From positions 1,408,001 through 1,472,000 of the forward strand of contig OY970359.1 of the NCBI GenBank assembly GCA_963718665.1: a DNA stretch of 64,000 bases, given 5' to 3'. The number at the start of each line of letters is the position of its first letter. Position 1 is the stretch's first letter. This document shows, in pieces, positions 40,809-50,487 of the stretch. This DNA is from an uncultured Phycisphaerales bacterium (lineage in GTDB: Bacteria > Planctomycetota > Phycisphaerae > Sedimentisphaerales > Anaerobacaceae). The position numbers were made by a program, and so were the translations under genes. A model generated the notes under the pieces. That model had not been told where the DNA came from. It did no database searches and saw only the letters and a list, made by a program, of their open reading frames with translations.

Positions 40809-43610
40809 TTATGGCACACGGTACTGAAATGATGTTGTGATACTGCCGCCGGGGGGGATTATTTTCTCGACGTGAAGTTCAATCCGCCCATCCTTTGTCC
40901 GTCTCTCCATATCTTTCGGCGTCGTGCTAATCAGTTCCGCTCCGGCGGGCAGCAGATACGTTTCTATCCGTTGAGTCGGCTCATCTACTGCCGGACTGTG
41001 CCTCATATAATACTGAAATGTTTTTTCGCTGCCGGCTACCGGCTTTATTAATCCCTTCATCGTCCCGTCACAGGTGTATTCAATTAATCCGTTTGGTGGT
41101 ATCGGCTCGTTAAAAGTAACTTCATACCGATAGATATCCCCGTCGTGTACGCTCGTGAATTTCATATCCCTGCCGTTGGCGTCTCTCATTGCTGTAACCT
41201 GCACAAAATCCGAATTAATAAAATTTTGGGTGGTTATTTCTCTTCCGCTTTTGTTTGTCTCACGAGTGGGATTTTTGAAGAAAATTGTCCCATCGGGCCG
41301 TATGTCATCGTATATTATTTGCGTATAAGGCGCCGACTCAGTCCTGCTTTCTTTCCCTTCCGGCGCAGGCGCAGATGATGTTTTCTGTGTGCGCTCATTT
41401 ACGCTTCTTGCCTTTGCGATTAACTCTTCAGGGATAACTGTCGGCTTGCCGTCTTTATCCTTCGTCGCGAACACAAGAACGTATGGCTTAGCCGGGCTGC
41501 CCGAGAGATTCACGAAACCAATATACGGTTCAACATTAAATGCCACTAAATATGCCTTGCCCGGTTCAAGTTTCACCGGCAGTGTGCAGGTCTTCTTTTC
41601 CTCGTCATAGTAAGGTTTGCCCGTCGTTTCAGGATAAGGAGCGTCCCATTGAACCCACGACCACGATTTATCCTTCATCTGCTGGTTAAACGTAACCGTG
41701 AGGTTGTTCAAATCCGCCGACACGTCATTCGCGAACGTTGCCGGAGTTGTTCTTATAACAACCGGCGGGCTGCTATCTGCATGAGCCGCCGCCTCTCCTT
41801 GCACTGAATCTGACCCTGCGGATGAATCTTCGTTAACCCGCACATTGTCTATCGAGGCAGCCACCACCGACTTGTTTTCGTCAATGGAATAATGGCTTTC
41901 ATCGAACAGCCAAAGTCCCGGCTTGTGCAGCTTGAACGTCCAGTTAAAATGCATATGCATATTAGGCATATCATTTTTGTCAATCTTGACTCTTAACGGC
42001 ACATAGTGCGTCTCATCAACCGCCGCGTAATCCGAGAAATACTCATATACCTCGTTGCACTTTGCCCTGACAGGGAGCATCTTCTTCGCATCAATCCAAA
42101 ACGTTCCCCCTTCCACCGGCTGATTAAAAGAGCCATACCAGCTTCCTCTTAGTCCATTGCCCATGCGAATTTGTATCGACTCCTTCAGCTTAAAATCAGT
42201 CCTAATAATCCCGTTGACTTCTTCGATTGAGGTGTAGGTCGCAGCAAATGGCTCCTTTGCCAATTTGTGAAGGAGCGAATCGTATGTAATGCCCTGCCGT
42301 ATGGCCCTGTCAGCCGATGATGGTTCTGATGCCTTGAACGTTTTGGTCTCTCCATGATAAAGGGAAAACTCGTATGAATATTTTTTAACCTCCGCCGGCG
42401 GCCCTATTAACCAATAGCGATTCACCTCAGCCATCCGTTTGATGATTTCTTCGCCCCTGCTTTGCACGTCCATCGTTTGTCCTCCGGCTTTTACCCCCTT
42501 CGCCATCGGCAATAGTACCGCCGCAAAAGCAATTATCAGCGCAAGTCCGACAAAACCTATTTTCGTGTCTTTGGGTATGGGTTTGCTTAGCATAATTTTA
42601 ATCCTTTCTTTCAATTTGCTCTTGGACTCGATAATACTTACCGTCGCCAATCTGAACTGCGGCTGCAAAAATGCCTTCTCCGCAACGTCTATGAGAGTAT
42701 TGCTGTAGCTTGCCACCGCGCCGTTGAGGCGAGTCAGGACCATTTCATCGACGGCCTGCTCACGAACCCGGCGAGCGTAAGCATTCGCCGCCCACACAAA
42801 AGGATTATAAAAATAGAATATCTGGAGGATTGTCTGAAACAGATTGACCCACAAGTCGGCGCGTTTCACGTGGCTAAGCTCGTGCATCAGCACCATAGCC
42901 AGTTTCGAGTGGTTCATCTTTTCGAGAAGGCCGGTGGGTACTATAATCACGTGCCGAAACAGCCCGCACACGGCAGGACTGACCATATTGTTCGACAGTC
43001 GTAACTCCACGATACCATTGACGCCGATTCTTTCCTGGCAGTTACGAACCATATCGACTAATCGCTCTGATGCCGGCTTGCTTTGAGTAATCAGCTTTTT
43101 TATGGATGCAATCCGCCGGATGAATCCTGCCAAAAGTGCAAGGACGCCAAAGAGCCAGACAATAAATATTCCCCCTCGCCAGTTCAGTGGGGCAGTTTCA
43201 ACCGATGCCGGTGATTCTGCTGCCTTGACGACGCGGTTTTCAACAATATCTTGCGGCGAGTTTATAGGCCGGGCAAATTCGCTGCTCGTTTGAACGGGCG
43301 TTGCTGTGGCTGGGGTATAAGCAGTTTGTATCTGTGGTTCCGGCGGCTTGACTTGCGTTAGTTGGACCGAAAAGTTTACGCCGGTCAAATACCCAATACC
43401 GGTCGGCAGCGATAGCGTCGTCGGCAAAACAAGTTTAACTAACAGCAGACACCACAGGCAATATCGCAGCGATGCCTTCACTCGCCTGCGAATAGCGATA
43501 TCCGCTAAAAAAAGCAGAGAGGCCAATAACCCGAATTGCACCAGCATCGTCAGACCGTGCTGGCAGAAGATTGCCCCGCTTTTATTGAGAACGCTGATAA
43601 TAGTTCCCAT
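40809..43610 (-). CDS. BlaR1/MecR1-like M56 metallopeptidase with non-PBP extracellular domains
   Basis: RYCLWCLLLVKLVLP, SPAVCG, HELSHVKRADL (HExxH), YNPFVW, REQAVD; Ig-like PPVVIRTTP...LTVTFNQQM segment. Confidence 0.88.
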   Translation of the reverse strand: MGTIISVLNKSGAIFCQHGLTMLVQFGLLASLLFLADIAIRRRVKASLRYCLWCLLLVKLVLPTTLSLPTGIGYLTGVNFSVQLTQVKPPEPQIQTAYTPATATPVQTSSEFARPINSPQDIVENRVVKAAESPASVETAPLNWRGGIFIVWLFGVLALLAGFIRRIASIKKLITQSKPASERLVDMVRNCQERIGVNGIVELRLSNNMVSPAVCGLFRHVIIVPTGLLEKMNHSKLAMVLMHELSHVKRADLWVNLFQTILQIFYFYNPFVWAANAYARRVREQAVDEMVLTRLNGAVASYSNTLIDVAEKAFLQPQFRLATVSIIESKSKLKERIKIMLSKPIPKDTKIGFVGLALIIAFAAVLLPMAKGVKAGGQTMDVQSRGEEIIKRMAEVNRYWLIGPPAEVKKYSYEFSLYHGETKTFKASEPSSADRAIRQGITYDSLLHKLAKEPFAATYTSIEEVNGIIRTDFKLKESIQIRMGNGLRGSWYGSFNQPVEGGTFWIDAKKMLPVRAKCNEVYEYFSDYAAVDETHYVPLRVKIDKNDMPNMHMHFNWTFKLHKPGLWLFDESHYSIDENKSVVAASIDNVRVNEDSSAGSDSVQGEAAAHADSSPPVVIRTTPATFANDVSADLNNLTVTFNQQMKDKSWSWVQWDAPYPETTGKPYYDEEKKTCTLPVKLEPGKAYLVAFNVEPYIGFVNLSGSPAKPYVLVFATKDKDGKPTVIPEELIAKARSVNERTQKTSSAPAPEGKESRTESAPYTQIIYDDIRPDGTIFFKNPTRETNKSGREITTQNFINSDFVQVTAMRDANGRDMKFTSVHDGDIYRYEVTFNEPIPPNGLIEYTCDGTMKGLIKPVAGSEKTFQYYMRHSPAVDEPTQRIETYLLPAGAELISTTPKDMERRTKDGRIELHVEKIIPPGGSITTSFQYRVP

Positions 43611-43628
43611 AGTTTTGCCCTTTCCGAA

Positions 43629-44063
43629 TTAAATTGACGTAAGGCCCTGCTTGTTCCTTCCTGTTTTGCCAACAATATCCCTTAGTTCTTTTATCTGATT
43701 TTCAGACAGATTCTCGTTTTCGACTAAAAATTGAACCATCGGCGCAAGAGCTCCGTCGAATGCCCGGCCCAGCATCTTGCGAAATTCTCCTTTCGCCGCC
43801 TGGGTCCTGTTTATCTGCGAGCTGAAAAGCTGAAGGTTGCGGACCTTGTTTATTTTAAGCAAACCCTTATCGACCATCCGGTCCATCGTGGTCTTGACTG
43901 TGCTGTAAGCCCATCCCTTTTCGGTGGTCAGCGCCTCCTGTACCGTCCCCGCCGCACAGGGTTGGTGTTCCCATACCGCTTTCATTATTGCCCATTCCGC
44001 CTCCGTCAGCTCGCCAAAAGTCGCCTTGCTCTTCCCTTTCGAATTCTCTTTTCCGCCAACCAT
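43629..44063 (-). CDS. BlaI/MecI/CopY-family repressor
   Basis: LTEAEWAIMKAVW, WAYSTVKTTMDRMVDKG, AFDGA...LSENQIKEL; ATG 44063 follows GGAGG. Confidence 0.92.
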   Translation of the reverse strand: MVGGKENSKGKSKATFGELTEAEWAIMKAVWEHQPCAAGTVQEALTTEKGWAYSTVKTTMDRMVDKGLLKINKVRNLQLFSSQINRTQAAKGEFRKMLGRAFDGALAPMVQFLVENENLSENQIKELRDIVGKTGRNKQGLTSI

Positions 44064-44076
44064 AGAGCAACCTCCA

Positions 44077-44124
44077 TATATTCTACTGCGATAGAATATA
44101 TTCGACACGTGTAGAATAAGTCAA
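44077..44124 (-). promoter_or_regulatory. Tandem BlaI-type operator boxes overlapping the promoter
   Basis: TTCTACTGCGATAGAA (44081-44096) and TTCGACACGTGTAGAA (44101-44116); minus-strand TTGACT at 44124-44119. Confidence 0.72.
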
Positions 44125-44598
44125 GATAATTTTTGAGATTTTTCAAAAATATTTTTTACTCCCCCCTCAAAATCTTTCTCAGGCCTGATGGCCATTCATG
44201 TTTCTTTTTGGAATACCGCCGTTGTTTTTTGTAAACATAAATACAGAATCTATCCCAAATTGGCATGTTATAGGCCTTAATGCATAATAGGGCAATTTAG
44301 TCACAGAGTATGCGTTGCAAAAAAACAACACAGTGCTAAAGAGTGTCAGTGAGCTGTGTTATACACTCAATCACAAAAGATATGTAACCTTATCTATGCC
44401 AAATCGTTATGTCCTTCCTGTTTTCTCAACTATCATCCTTATGCTCATTGGCATAACATTTGCTCTCCTCTTCATTTTACTTTTGATTGTTAAATGATTG
44501 GGCGGGACGCTCAAAAACCCATTGATAGGAGGAGTGGTGTCCGCCCGATTTAAAGATAGCCAAAATCGGCTCGGCCGATTTTGTTATCCTATAGATAG

Positions 44599-44631
44599 GG
44601 GTCGCCGGAGGAGGCGACCCTGCTTTTTTTT
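44599..44631 (+). terminator. Intrinsic terminator of an unannotated plus-strand transcript
   Basis: GGGTCGCC-GGAGGA-GGCGACCC followed by TGC and T8. Confidence 0.75.
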
Positions 44632-44725
44632 ACACCTGTCCGCCGGAATCTCTTATAATCAGGCAAGCTATGGAACCATAGTCGGGTAAGCTATGGGCAA
44701 GTTGTGAAATTATAATCGGGCGGGT

Positions 44726-45778
44726 ATGGAACGGGCTGGCTACAGGATAGTCGACGCGAATTTTAACCGGGCACGTGAGGCGCTGCGCGTAATTGAGGAT
44801 TATTGCCGATTCAATCTCAATTGCGCCCTGCTTAGCGGCCGGGCAAAGGAGATGCGTCATCAGCTATCATCAGCAATTGCCTGTCTTAACGCCGGGCAGT
44901 TGCTCGCAAGCAGAGATACGCCGGGCGACGTCGGCGTCGGGCAAACAATCGAAAACGCTATTGGCAGGGCGGATTTGAAGGATTCGCTCACCGCGGCATG
45001 CAAACGGCTACCTGAGGCGCTTCGGGTCATTGCGGAAGCATTACGAAGCGTTGAGCCAGGGATAGCCGACCAGATAGAACGCCTGCGATATGCCGCCTAC
45101 ACACTTGAAAAGGATATTGCCCTGTTTGCGGATGCCCGGGGCAGGTTCAGCAAGGTTCGGCTGTATGTCTTAATAAGTTCAAATTTACCCACCAATGTTT
45201 TTACTTTGGCGGGTCAATGTATCGCGGGCGGGGTTGACTGCCTTCAGTTGCGGGCAAAAGATATTGACGCGGACAAGTATTTCGCTATCGCCTGTGAATT
45301 TGTGAAGATGTGCAAAGACGCGGGGGTTATAAGCATTATTAATGACCGAGCTGATATTGCCATCGCGAGCGGCGCGGATGGGGTTCATTTGGGACAAAAT
45401 GATTTGCCGGTCGAGCAGGCACGCAAACTTCAGATGACGCCTATGATTTTTGGCAAGAGCACGCATTCACTTACCCAGCTTAACGCGGCAGTTGTGGAGT
45501 TGCCGACGTATGTTTCGCTTGGGCCTGTGTTCGCGACGCCGACCAAACCGGAGGCGAAACCGGTAGGCCTCGATTATGTTAAGCGGGCGTTACCTATTTT
45601 AACAGATACGGGTGTTGGCCACGTTGCTATTGGCGGCATAACCGAAAGCAATATCGATGCCGTATTGGCAACGGGTGCTCGGATTATCGCGGTCAGTTCG
45701 GCGGTTACCGCTTCACCGGACCCGAAAGCGGTTTGTAAAAAGCTTAAACAAAAAATCGCGGCATTTCTTGATAAGTAG
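44726..45778 (+). CDS. thiE: Thiamine-phosphate synthase with N-terminal helical (ThiD2-type) domain
   Basis: RIVDANFNRAREALRVIED N-domain; QLRAK, IINDRADIA..GADGVHLGQND, GKSTH, GPVFATPTK, AIGGI. Confidence 0.93.
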   Translation: MERAGYRIVDANFNRAREALRVIEDYCRFNLNCALLSGRAKEMRHQLSSAIACLNAGQLLASRDTPGDVGVGQTIENAIGRADLKDSLTAACKRLPEALRVIAEALRSVEPGIADQIERLRYAAYTLEKDIALFADARGRFSKVRLYVLISSNLPTNVFTLAGQCIAGGVDCLQLRAKDIDADKYFAIACEFVKMCKDAGVISIINDRADIAIASGADGVHLGQNDLPVEQARKLQMTPMIFGKSTHSLTQLNAAVVELPTYVSLGPVFATPTKPEAKPVGLDYVKRALPILTDTGVGHVAIGGITESNIDAVLATGARIIAVSSAVTASPDPKAVCKKLKQKIAAFLDK

Positions 45779-46100
45779 TAATTTCGTAACTGCCGGTGTA
45801 CCCACGATTTGCCGACTTGATAAACGGAAGTGCCGCAAGTAGCAGTAATTGTGAAACGGGGAGTTATCCACTTTAGTTTTAGCGATTTGTTAAAACAGTT
45901 TGAACTTTCTAACAATCAATATCTTACCCAGATTAAATATCTGGACTCAGCTTGCCCATTATGACCCCCCGCTGTTGAATCGTAACTCCTTATTTACGCT
46001 ATAGTTAGCATTTGCCCCATAACCGCTTACCTCGATATTTTGTTATTTTGGTAACAAATAACGATAGGACTGTTTTTCCTACTCGAATATAGGGTGAAAA

Positions 46101-46120
46101 CTATCAACAAGTTATCCACA
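46101..46120 (+). promoter_or_regulatory. Tandem DnaA boxes (a further box at 45864-45872)
   Basis: CTATCAACA-AG-TTATCCACA (second box matches the consensus exactly); TTATCCACT at 45864. Confidence 0.55.
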
Positions 46121-46341
46121 TAGCCGGATTGTTAATAGATAGCTTCGATTTTCCTTAAAAGGGGCCGCTATATGGAGAGGCGGTTTTTGGGGAAATGCTA
46201 TTGCATAAGGCGGAGCGAACCTTTTGGTTGGGTCTTTTGTGGCGGGGAATTGAAATACGCTTGATTAAAGCGGAAGAAAAGGGTAAAAGGTATGGCTGAT
46301 TTTTGATTTCGGATTTCAGATTTAGTTTAGGAGAATGATAA

Positions 46342-47214
46342 ATGTTCGCAGGTGCAATGACAGCGCTGATAACGCCTTTCAGGGACGGGCAGGTCGATTT
46401 TGATACGCTCGATGAGCTGATTGAGTTTCAAATCGAAGGCGGAATAGACGGTATAGTGCCGGTTGCAACAACGGGCGAATGCCCGACGCTGAGCCACGAT
46501 GAGCACAAAAAAGTCATCGAACGCGTGGTCAAAACCGTGGCGGGGCAGGTTCCTGTAATCGCGGGGGCCGGCTCAAATTCGACGGCTGAGGCAATCGAAT
46601 TGACGGCATTTGCGAAAAAAATCGGCGCGGACGCAACTTTGCAGGTTGCCCCGTATTACAATAAGCCGACACAGGAAGGTTTTTACCAGCACTTCAAAGC
46701 CATCGCCGAAGAAGTGGATTTGCCGATTGTGCTGTATGATGTTCCCGGCAGATGCGGCGCGGGGATAACCGTCGATACGATTGTGCGTCTTTCCGAGATT
46801 GAGAATATCGTCGGGATAAAAGACGCGACGGGCCAGATGGACCACGTCAGCGAAATCGCGACGCGATGTAATATGACGATTTTGTCGGGCGATGACTCGA
46901 TGACGCTGCCAATAGCCGCGGTTGGAGGCAAAGGCGTAATCAGCGTCGTATCAAATATAGCGCCTGCCGATGTAAAAGCATTGACGGACGCGATATTAGA
47001 AAGCGATTTTACGAGCGCCCTGAAATGGCACAAAAAACTATTTGCGCTGAGCAGGGGAATGCTTTCGCTGGCGACCAATCCGATACCGGTCAAAGCGGCG
47101 ATGGCGATGCTGAACCTGTCGGATGAAGAGATGCGACTGCCTTTGGTGCCGATGGAAGAAAGCAAAAAAGCGCTTCTGCGAAAAACATTGCAGGAATACG
47201 GGCTGCTAAAATAA
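46342..47214 (+). CDS. dapA: 4-hydroxy-tetrahydrodipicolinate synthase
   Basis: TALITPF, ATTGE, PYYNKPTQEG, LYDVPGR, GIKDATG, LSGDD, TNPIPVK. Confidence 0.96.
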   Translation: MFAGAMTALITPFRDGQVDFDTLDELIEFQIEGGIDGIVPVATTGECPTLSHDEHKKVIERVVKTVAGQVPVIAGAGSNSTAEAIELTAFAKKIGADATLQVAPYYNKPTQEGFYQHFKAIAEEVDLPIVLYDVPGRCGAGITVDTIVRLSEIENIVGIKDATGQMDHVSEIATRCNMTILSGDDSMTLPIAAVGGKGVISVVSNIAPADVKALTDAILESDFTSALKWHKKLFALSRGMLSLATNPIPVKAAMAMLNLSDEEMRLPLVPMEESKKALLRKTLQEYGLLK

Positions 47215-47310
47215 TTGCCGATTGCGCCACGCTGTTATGGCGGGTAAACCCGCCTGCGGCGAAACCGTGTCAAACTCGGTTTTTAAGCGAAAAAGGCAAG
47301 TCGGCCTAAC

Positions 47311-48492
47311 TCAAACTGTCATCTTTGGGATAAAAACGTCGGATACAGAACGTATTGCGAAACTGTCAGTCATACCAGCAATGAAGTCCAAAACGATCAG
47401 TTCATTTGGGTCATCAGGCTTATAAACACCCTTCATGTCCCTAGCAACGAAATCCCGGAAAGTCCTATAAACCTGAGGAATCGAGGTGTCGTCAGCTGGA
47501 GGATAATCATAATTCTGAAATCCGTTTCTCTGCTTGAGTTCAGATAGCAAATCGTAAAAAAGATATTCGATGGTTTTCTTGGCTTGGGTTTTGTACATTT
47601 CTGCTTGGTCGCTGTGATAAATGCGTTCATCATTAAAATTAATCAATTCGTGCAGGAGATCACCTAATCCGTGGGATATTGCTATGTAATCTTTATCATA
47701 GCTTTCCTTGACCATGTCTTCAATGAACCTGCCGATGATTTGCCCATTAGTAGTACCCAATACTATTCTAAACTTTTCGGGAATATCTGGTTCCTTGATA
47801 ACTCCAACCTCAATGGCATCTTCTATATCTTTACCAACATATGCAATCTTATCAATCAAACGAACGATACATCCTTCTGGAGTTGCTGGATTACCCGCAT
47901 CTTCGCACGTCTTGATTATATCTAGGTTTTTCTCCTTGTTAGCTGGTTCAAGCTTACAAGTGGTAAAATCCTCTCCGCAGTGCGAGATGATACCATCTCT
48001 TACTTCCCACATTAGGTTAAGGCCCGGTCTCTCCCTGTCTCGCTTGGCGATACGATCAACTACTCTCAGACCATATATTTCATGAGAAAACTTTGGCATC
48101 AATTCCTTAAGAACAGGATGCTTGTTAAAAATATCTGTGAGAAACTCCTCACCTTGATGGCCAAACGGTGCATGTCCTATATCGTGAGCCAATCCTATTG
48201 CTTCAGCCAAATCTTCATTTAAGCCAAGACAGCGAGCGACAGTTCTGGCTGCGGACGCAACGAATCTTACATGGTCCATTCTTGTGCTGATATGGTCATT
48301 TTGGGGGAAGTAAAAAACTTGTGTTTTATGTCTTAAGCGACGAAACGATTGAGAATAGATAATTCTGTGAACATCTCTTTGGAAATCAGTCCGGAATTTG
48401 TCAGGGCCCTGAGGTGTTTGTCTACCGCGACTTGTTATGGTTGCGTATTTACTTGGGAATAATTCTTTTTCGAGTCTTCTGAAATGTTCCAT
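47311..48492 (-). CDS. HD-domain deoxynucleoside triphosphate triphosphohydrolase (Dgt/dGTPase-like)
   Basis: RTDFQRDVHRIIYSQSFRRLRHKTQV, TRMDH, LAHDIGHAPFGHQGE, DKIAY..DIEDA, DFIAGMTDSFA. Confidence 0.9.
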   Translation of the reverse strand: MEHFRRLEKELFPSKYATITSRGRQTPQGPDKFRTDFQRDVHRIIYSQSFRRLRHKTQVFYFPQNDHISTRMDHVRFVASAARTVARCLGLNEDLAEAIGLAHDIGHAPFGHQGEEFLTDIFNKHPVLKELMPKFSHEIYGLRVVDRIAKRDRERPGLNLMWEVRDGIISHCGEDFTTCKLEPANKEKNLDIIKTCEDAGNPATPEGCIVRLIDKIAYVGKDIEDAIEVGVIKEPDIPEKFRIVLGTTNGQIIGRFIEDMVKESYDKDYIAISHGLGDLLHELINFNDERIYHSDQAEMYKTQAKKTIEYLFYDLLSELKQRNGFQNYDYPPADDTSIPQVYRTFRDFVARDMKGVYKPDDPNELIVLDFIAGMTDSFAIRSVSDVFIPKMTV

Positions 48493-49106
48493 GCCTTGTC
48501 CCTAAAGAGATTAATGAGTAAATCAGCGATATCGCTGGAAGGTTTTTGCGCAGACAAGTAATCACTAATCTCTTTTCCTCTCCTCGTAGCATCCTCAAAA
48601 ATGGGTTCTTTTGCTTGCAAGAAATTGCTTACGGCCGCAGAGAACTTGACCTCAAAAGATCCGGCAATTTTATCATAGCTATCGACGAAAGAAAAGTCGG
48701 CCAGACCAAGAACCAACGGGTTGCAGTTGCCCTCAATTAGCGACCGAGAATCATTCTTAAATATCACAACGACTTTATTATGGGCCCAAGCTATGCCCGC
48801 TTCGACCATTGCTCCTTCATCTGGAACGCGCCCATTCATGTTGAGCAATAATCCCGAACTATTCATTATCTGGAAAACGTCTAACGAGAAGATTGCCATA
48901 TTGAGAATCTTCTGAGCACTTTGTGCCGGGAACCCCTTCTCTATGAAAAATGGGAATAACTCTGCGAACTCTAGACCATTGCGCTGTGGTAGAAAAACTG
49001 GATATCCCGCATTCTCAAGAACCAAAGCGATTTGTGCCATCTCTTCTTTTTCTATGGGATTGAACAACGGACCGGCACAATATATCTTGTACGGACGTTT
49101 TTCCAC
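48435..49106 (-). CDS. Nucleoside 2-deoxyribosyltransferase / N-glycosidase family protein
   Basis: KIYCAGPLFN, FLPQ, DV, PDEGAMVEAGIAWA, CNPLV; GTG 49106 preceded by AAGGAG. Confidence 0.85.
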   Translation of the reverse strand: MEKRPYKIYCAGPLFNPIEKEEMAQIALVLENAGYPVFLPQRNGLEFAELFPFFIEKGFPAQSAQKILNMAIFSLDVFQIMNSSGLLLNMNGRVPDEGAMVEAGIAWAHNKVVVIFKNDSRSLIEGNCNPLVLGLADFSFVDSYDKIAGSFEVKFSAAVSNFLQAKEPIFEDATRRGKEISDYLSAQKPSSDIADLLINLFRDKAWNISEDSKKNYSQVNTQP

Positions 49107-49871
49107 ACTTTTCTCCTTGGCGATAACGTTTAACGTCACGAAACCATGTAAACATAGCTTAAAATAGAAATCCGAGCTTTCATTGTCAATACTAATCCCG
49201 GCAAGATATAAGTTTTTTAAAAAACCAATAGCGTATGTAAAATAGAAAAGGAAGACCGACAAGTTTTATTACCCGGCTGCGGGAACAACAAAAGCATTCG
49301 AGGGCAAGCGGGTGGATAAGGAAGGTTAGCGGAAAATTGTTTACTGGAAACCAAATTTTCGACATAAAAAACAGCGGTGATGGGTACATTGAAAACTGAC
49401 GTAAATCCATTATTAGTAAGCAGTTATCAATAAATGCCCCTCATTTACCAAGTCCTTTTTTGTGTGTTTTTTGTGCCTTTTTGTGGCCATTTTTGACGTG
49501 TTTTTTTGTGGTCATTTTTGCCGTAACCTCTTTCCTTATATCGGCTTAAATTCTGGATATGAACGGTCGTATAAAACAAATGTATCAAACAGTTGTATGA
49601 TACAACTGTTATCCATTTTGCGCAGGTGTTTTTGACCATTTCCCAGAATTCTGAAAAAATTTTCTATTCCTTATTACATAAGCACTTATGCACTTTTGCG
49701 CCTGTGCTCTTTTTCGGATTTTTCGTCAAAAGCGCGAAGTTGCGCCATAGGGTAGAGGGACCTTAGTGGTTCTTCATGAGGTGATTAGCCCGCAGGCCCG
49801 CCTGCGGGTCATGAAAACCAAAATTAAAAACTTAGTGTCTTTGTGTCTTAGTGGTAGAAGAGGAGGAGAGT

Positions 49872-50474
49872 ATGGCAACGATTAACATAACGATACCCAA
49901 TTGGCTCGACCGCATTTGTGCCTGGCCGGTAACGGCCTATCGGCGATTCAAATACGGTTATCCATTTCGCAGGATTTATCTCGGCGAAGGCCAATGGACA
50001 ATCCTTGACCAGCAGGATTACTACCGTCTGAATAATTTCAGATGGTTTCTCAAAGGAAATGGAAAAAAATTCTATGCCCTCAGGAGCTTCAAAAATGATT
50101 CTGTCAGGACAAAAATGGTTTCAATGCACAAGGAAATAATGAATCCCCCGCCGGGTTTATTAGTTGACCATAGAAACGGCCTGTCATTGGATAATCGCAG
50201 AGAAAATCTTCGTATTGCAACACACGTTCAGAACTCCTGCAACACCCGAATAGATAAAACCAAAACGACCTCGCGGTTCAGAGGAGTTTATTTGCAGAAA
50301 CGCTCCGGCCGATGGATAGCAAGAATTTATTTTCAGGGCCAAAGAATTTGGCTTGGAATTTTCGATTCTGAAATCGAAGCCGCCCGTGCTTACGACCAAG
50401 CAGCAAGAATGTATCATAAGGAATTTGCACGTCTTAATTTTCCGGAGGAAAATTCACTATCCGCTACCCGCTGA
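49872..50474 (+). CDS. HNH endonuclease-AP2 domain protein
   Basis: [24 protein letters not shown] (HNH) plus SRFRGV...WIARI...[17 protein letters not shown]...FARLNF (AP2); RBS GAGGAG. Confidence 0.9.
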   Translation: MATINITIPNWLDRICAWPVTAYRRFKYGYPFRRIYLGEGQWTILDQQDYYRLNNFRWFLKGNGKKFYALRSFKNDSVRTKMVSMHKEIMNPPPGLLVDHRNGLSLDNRRENLRIATHVQNSCNTRIDKTKTTSRFRGVYLQKRSGRWIARIYFQGQRIWLGIFDSEIEAARAYDQAARMYHKEFARLNFPEENSLSATR

Positions 50475-50487
50475 ACGCTGTCCGCTA

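Noticed and set aside
46121..46145. DnaA-trio unwinding element next to the DnaA box
   Set aside because: Trinucleotide periodicity is only partial and not convincing by eye
49107..49262. N-terminal 52-aa extension of the NDT ORF
   Set aside because: GTG at 49106 has a strong AAGGAG RBS and directly precedes the family's first motif
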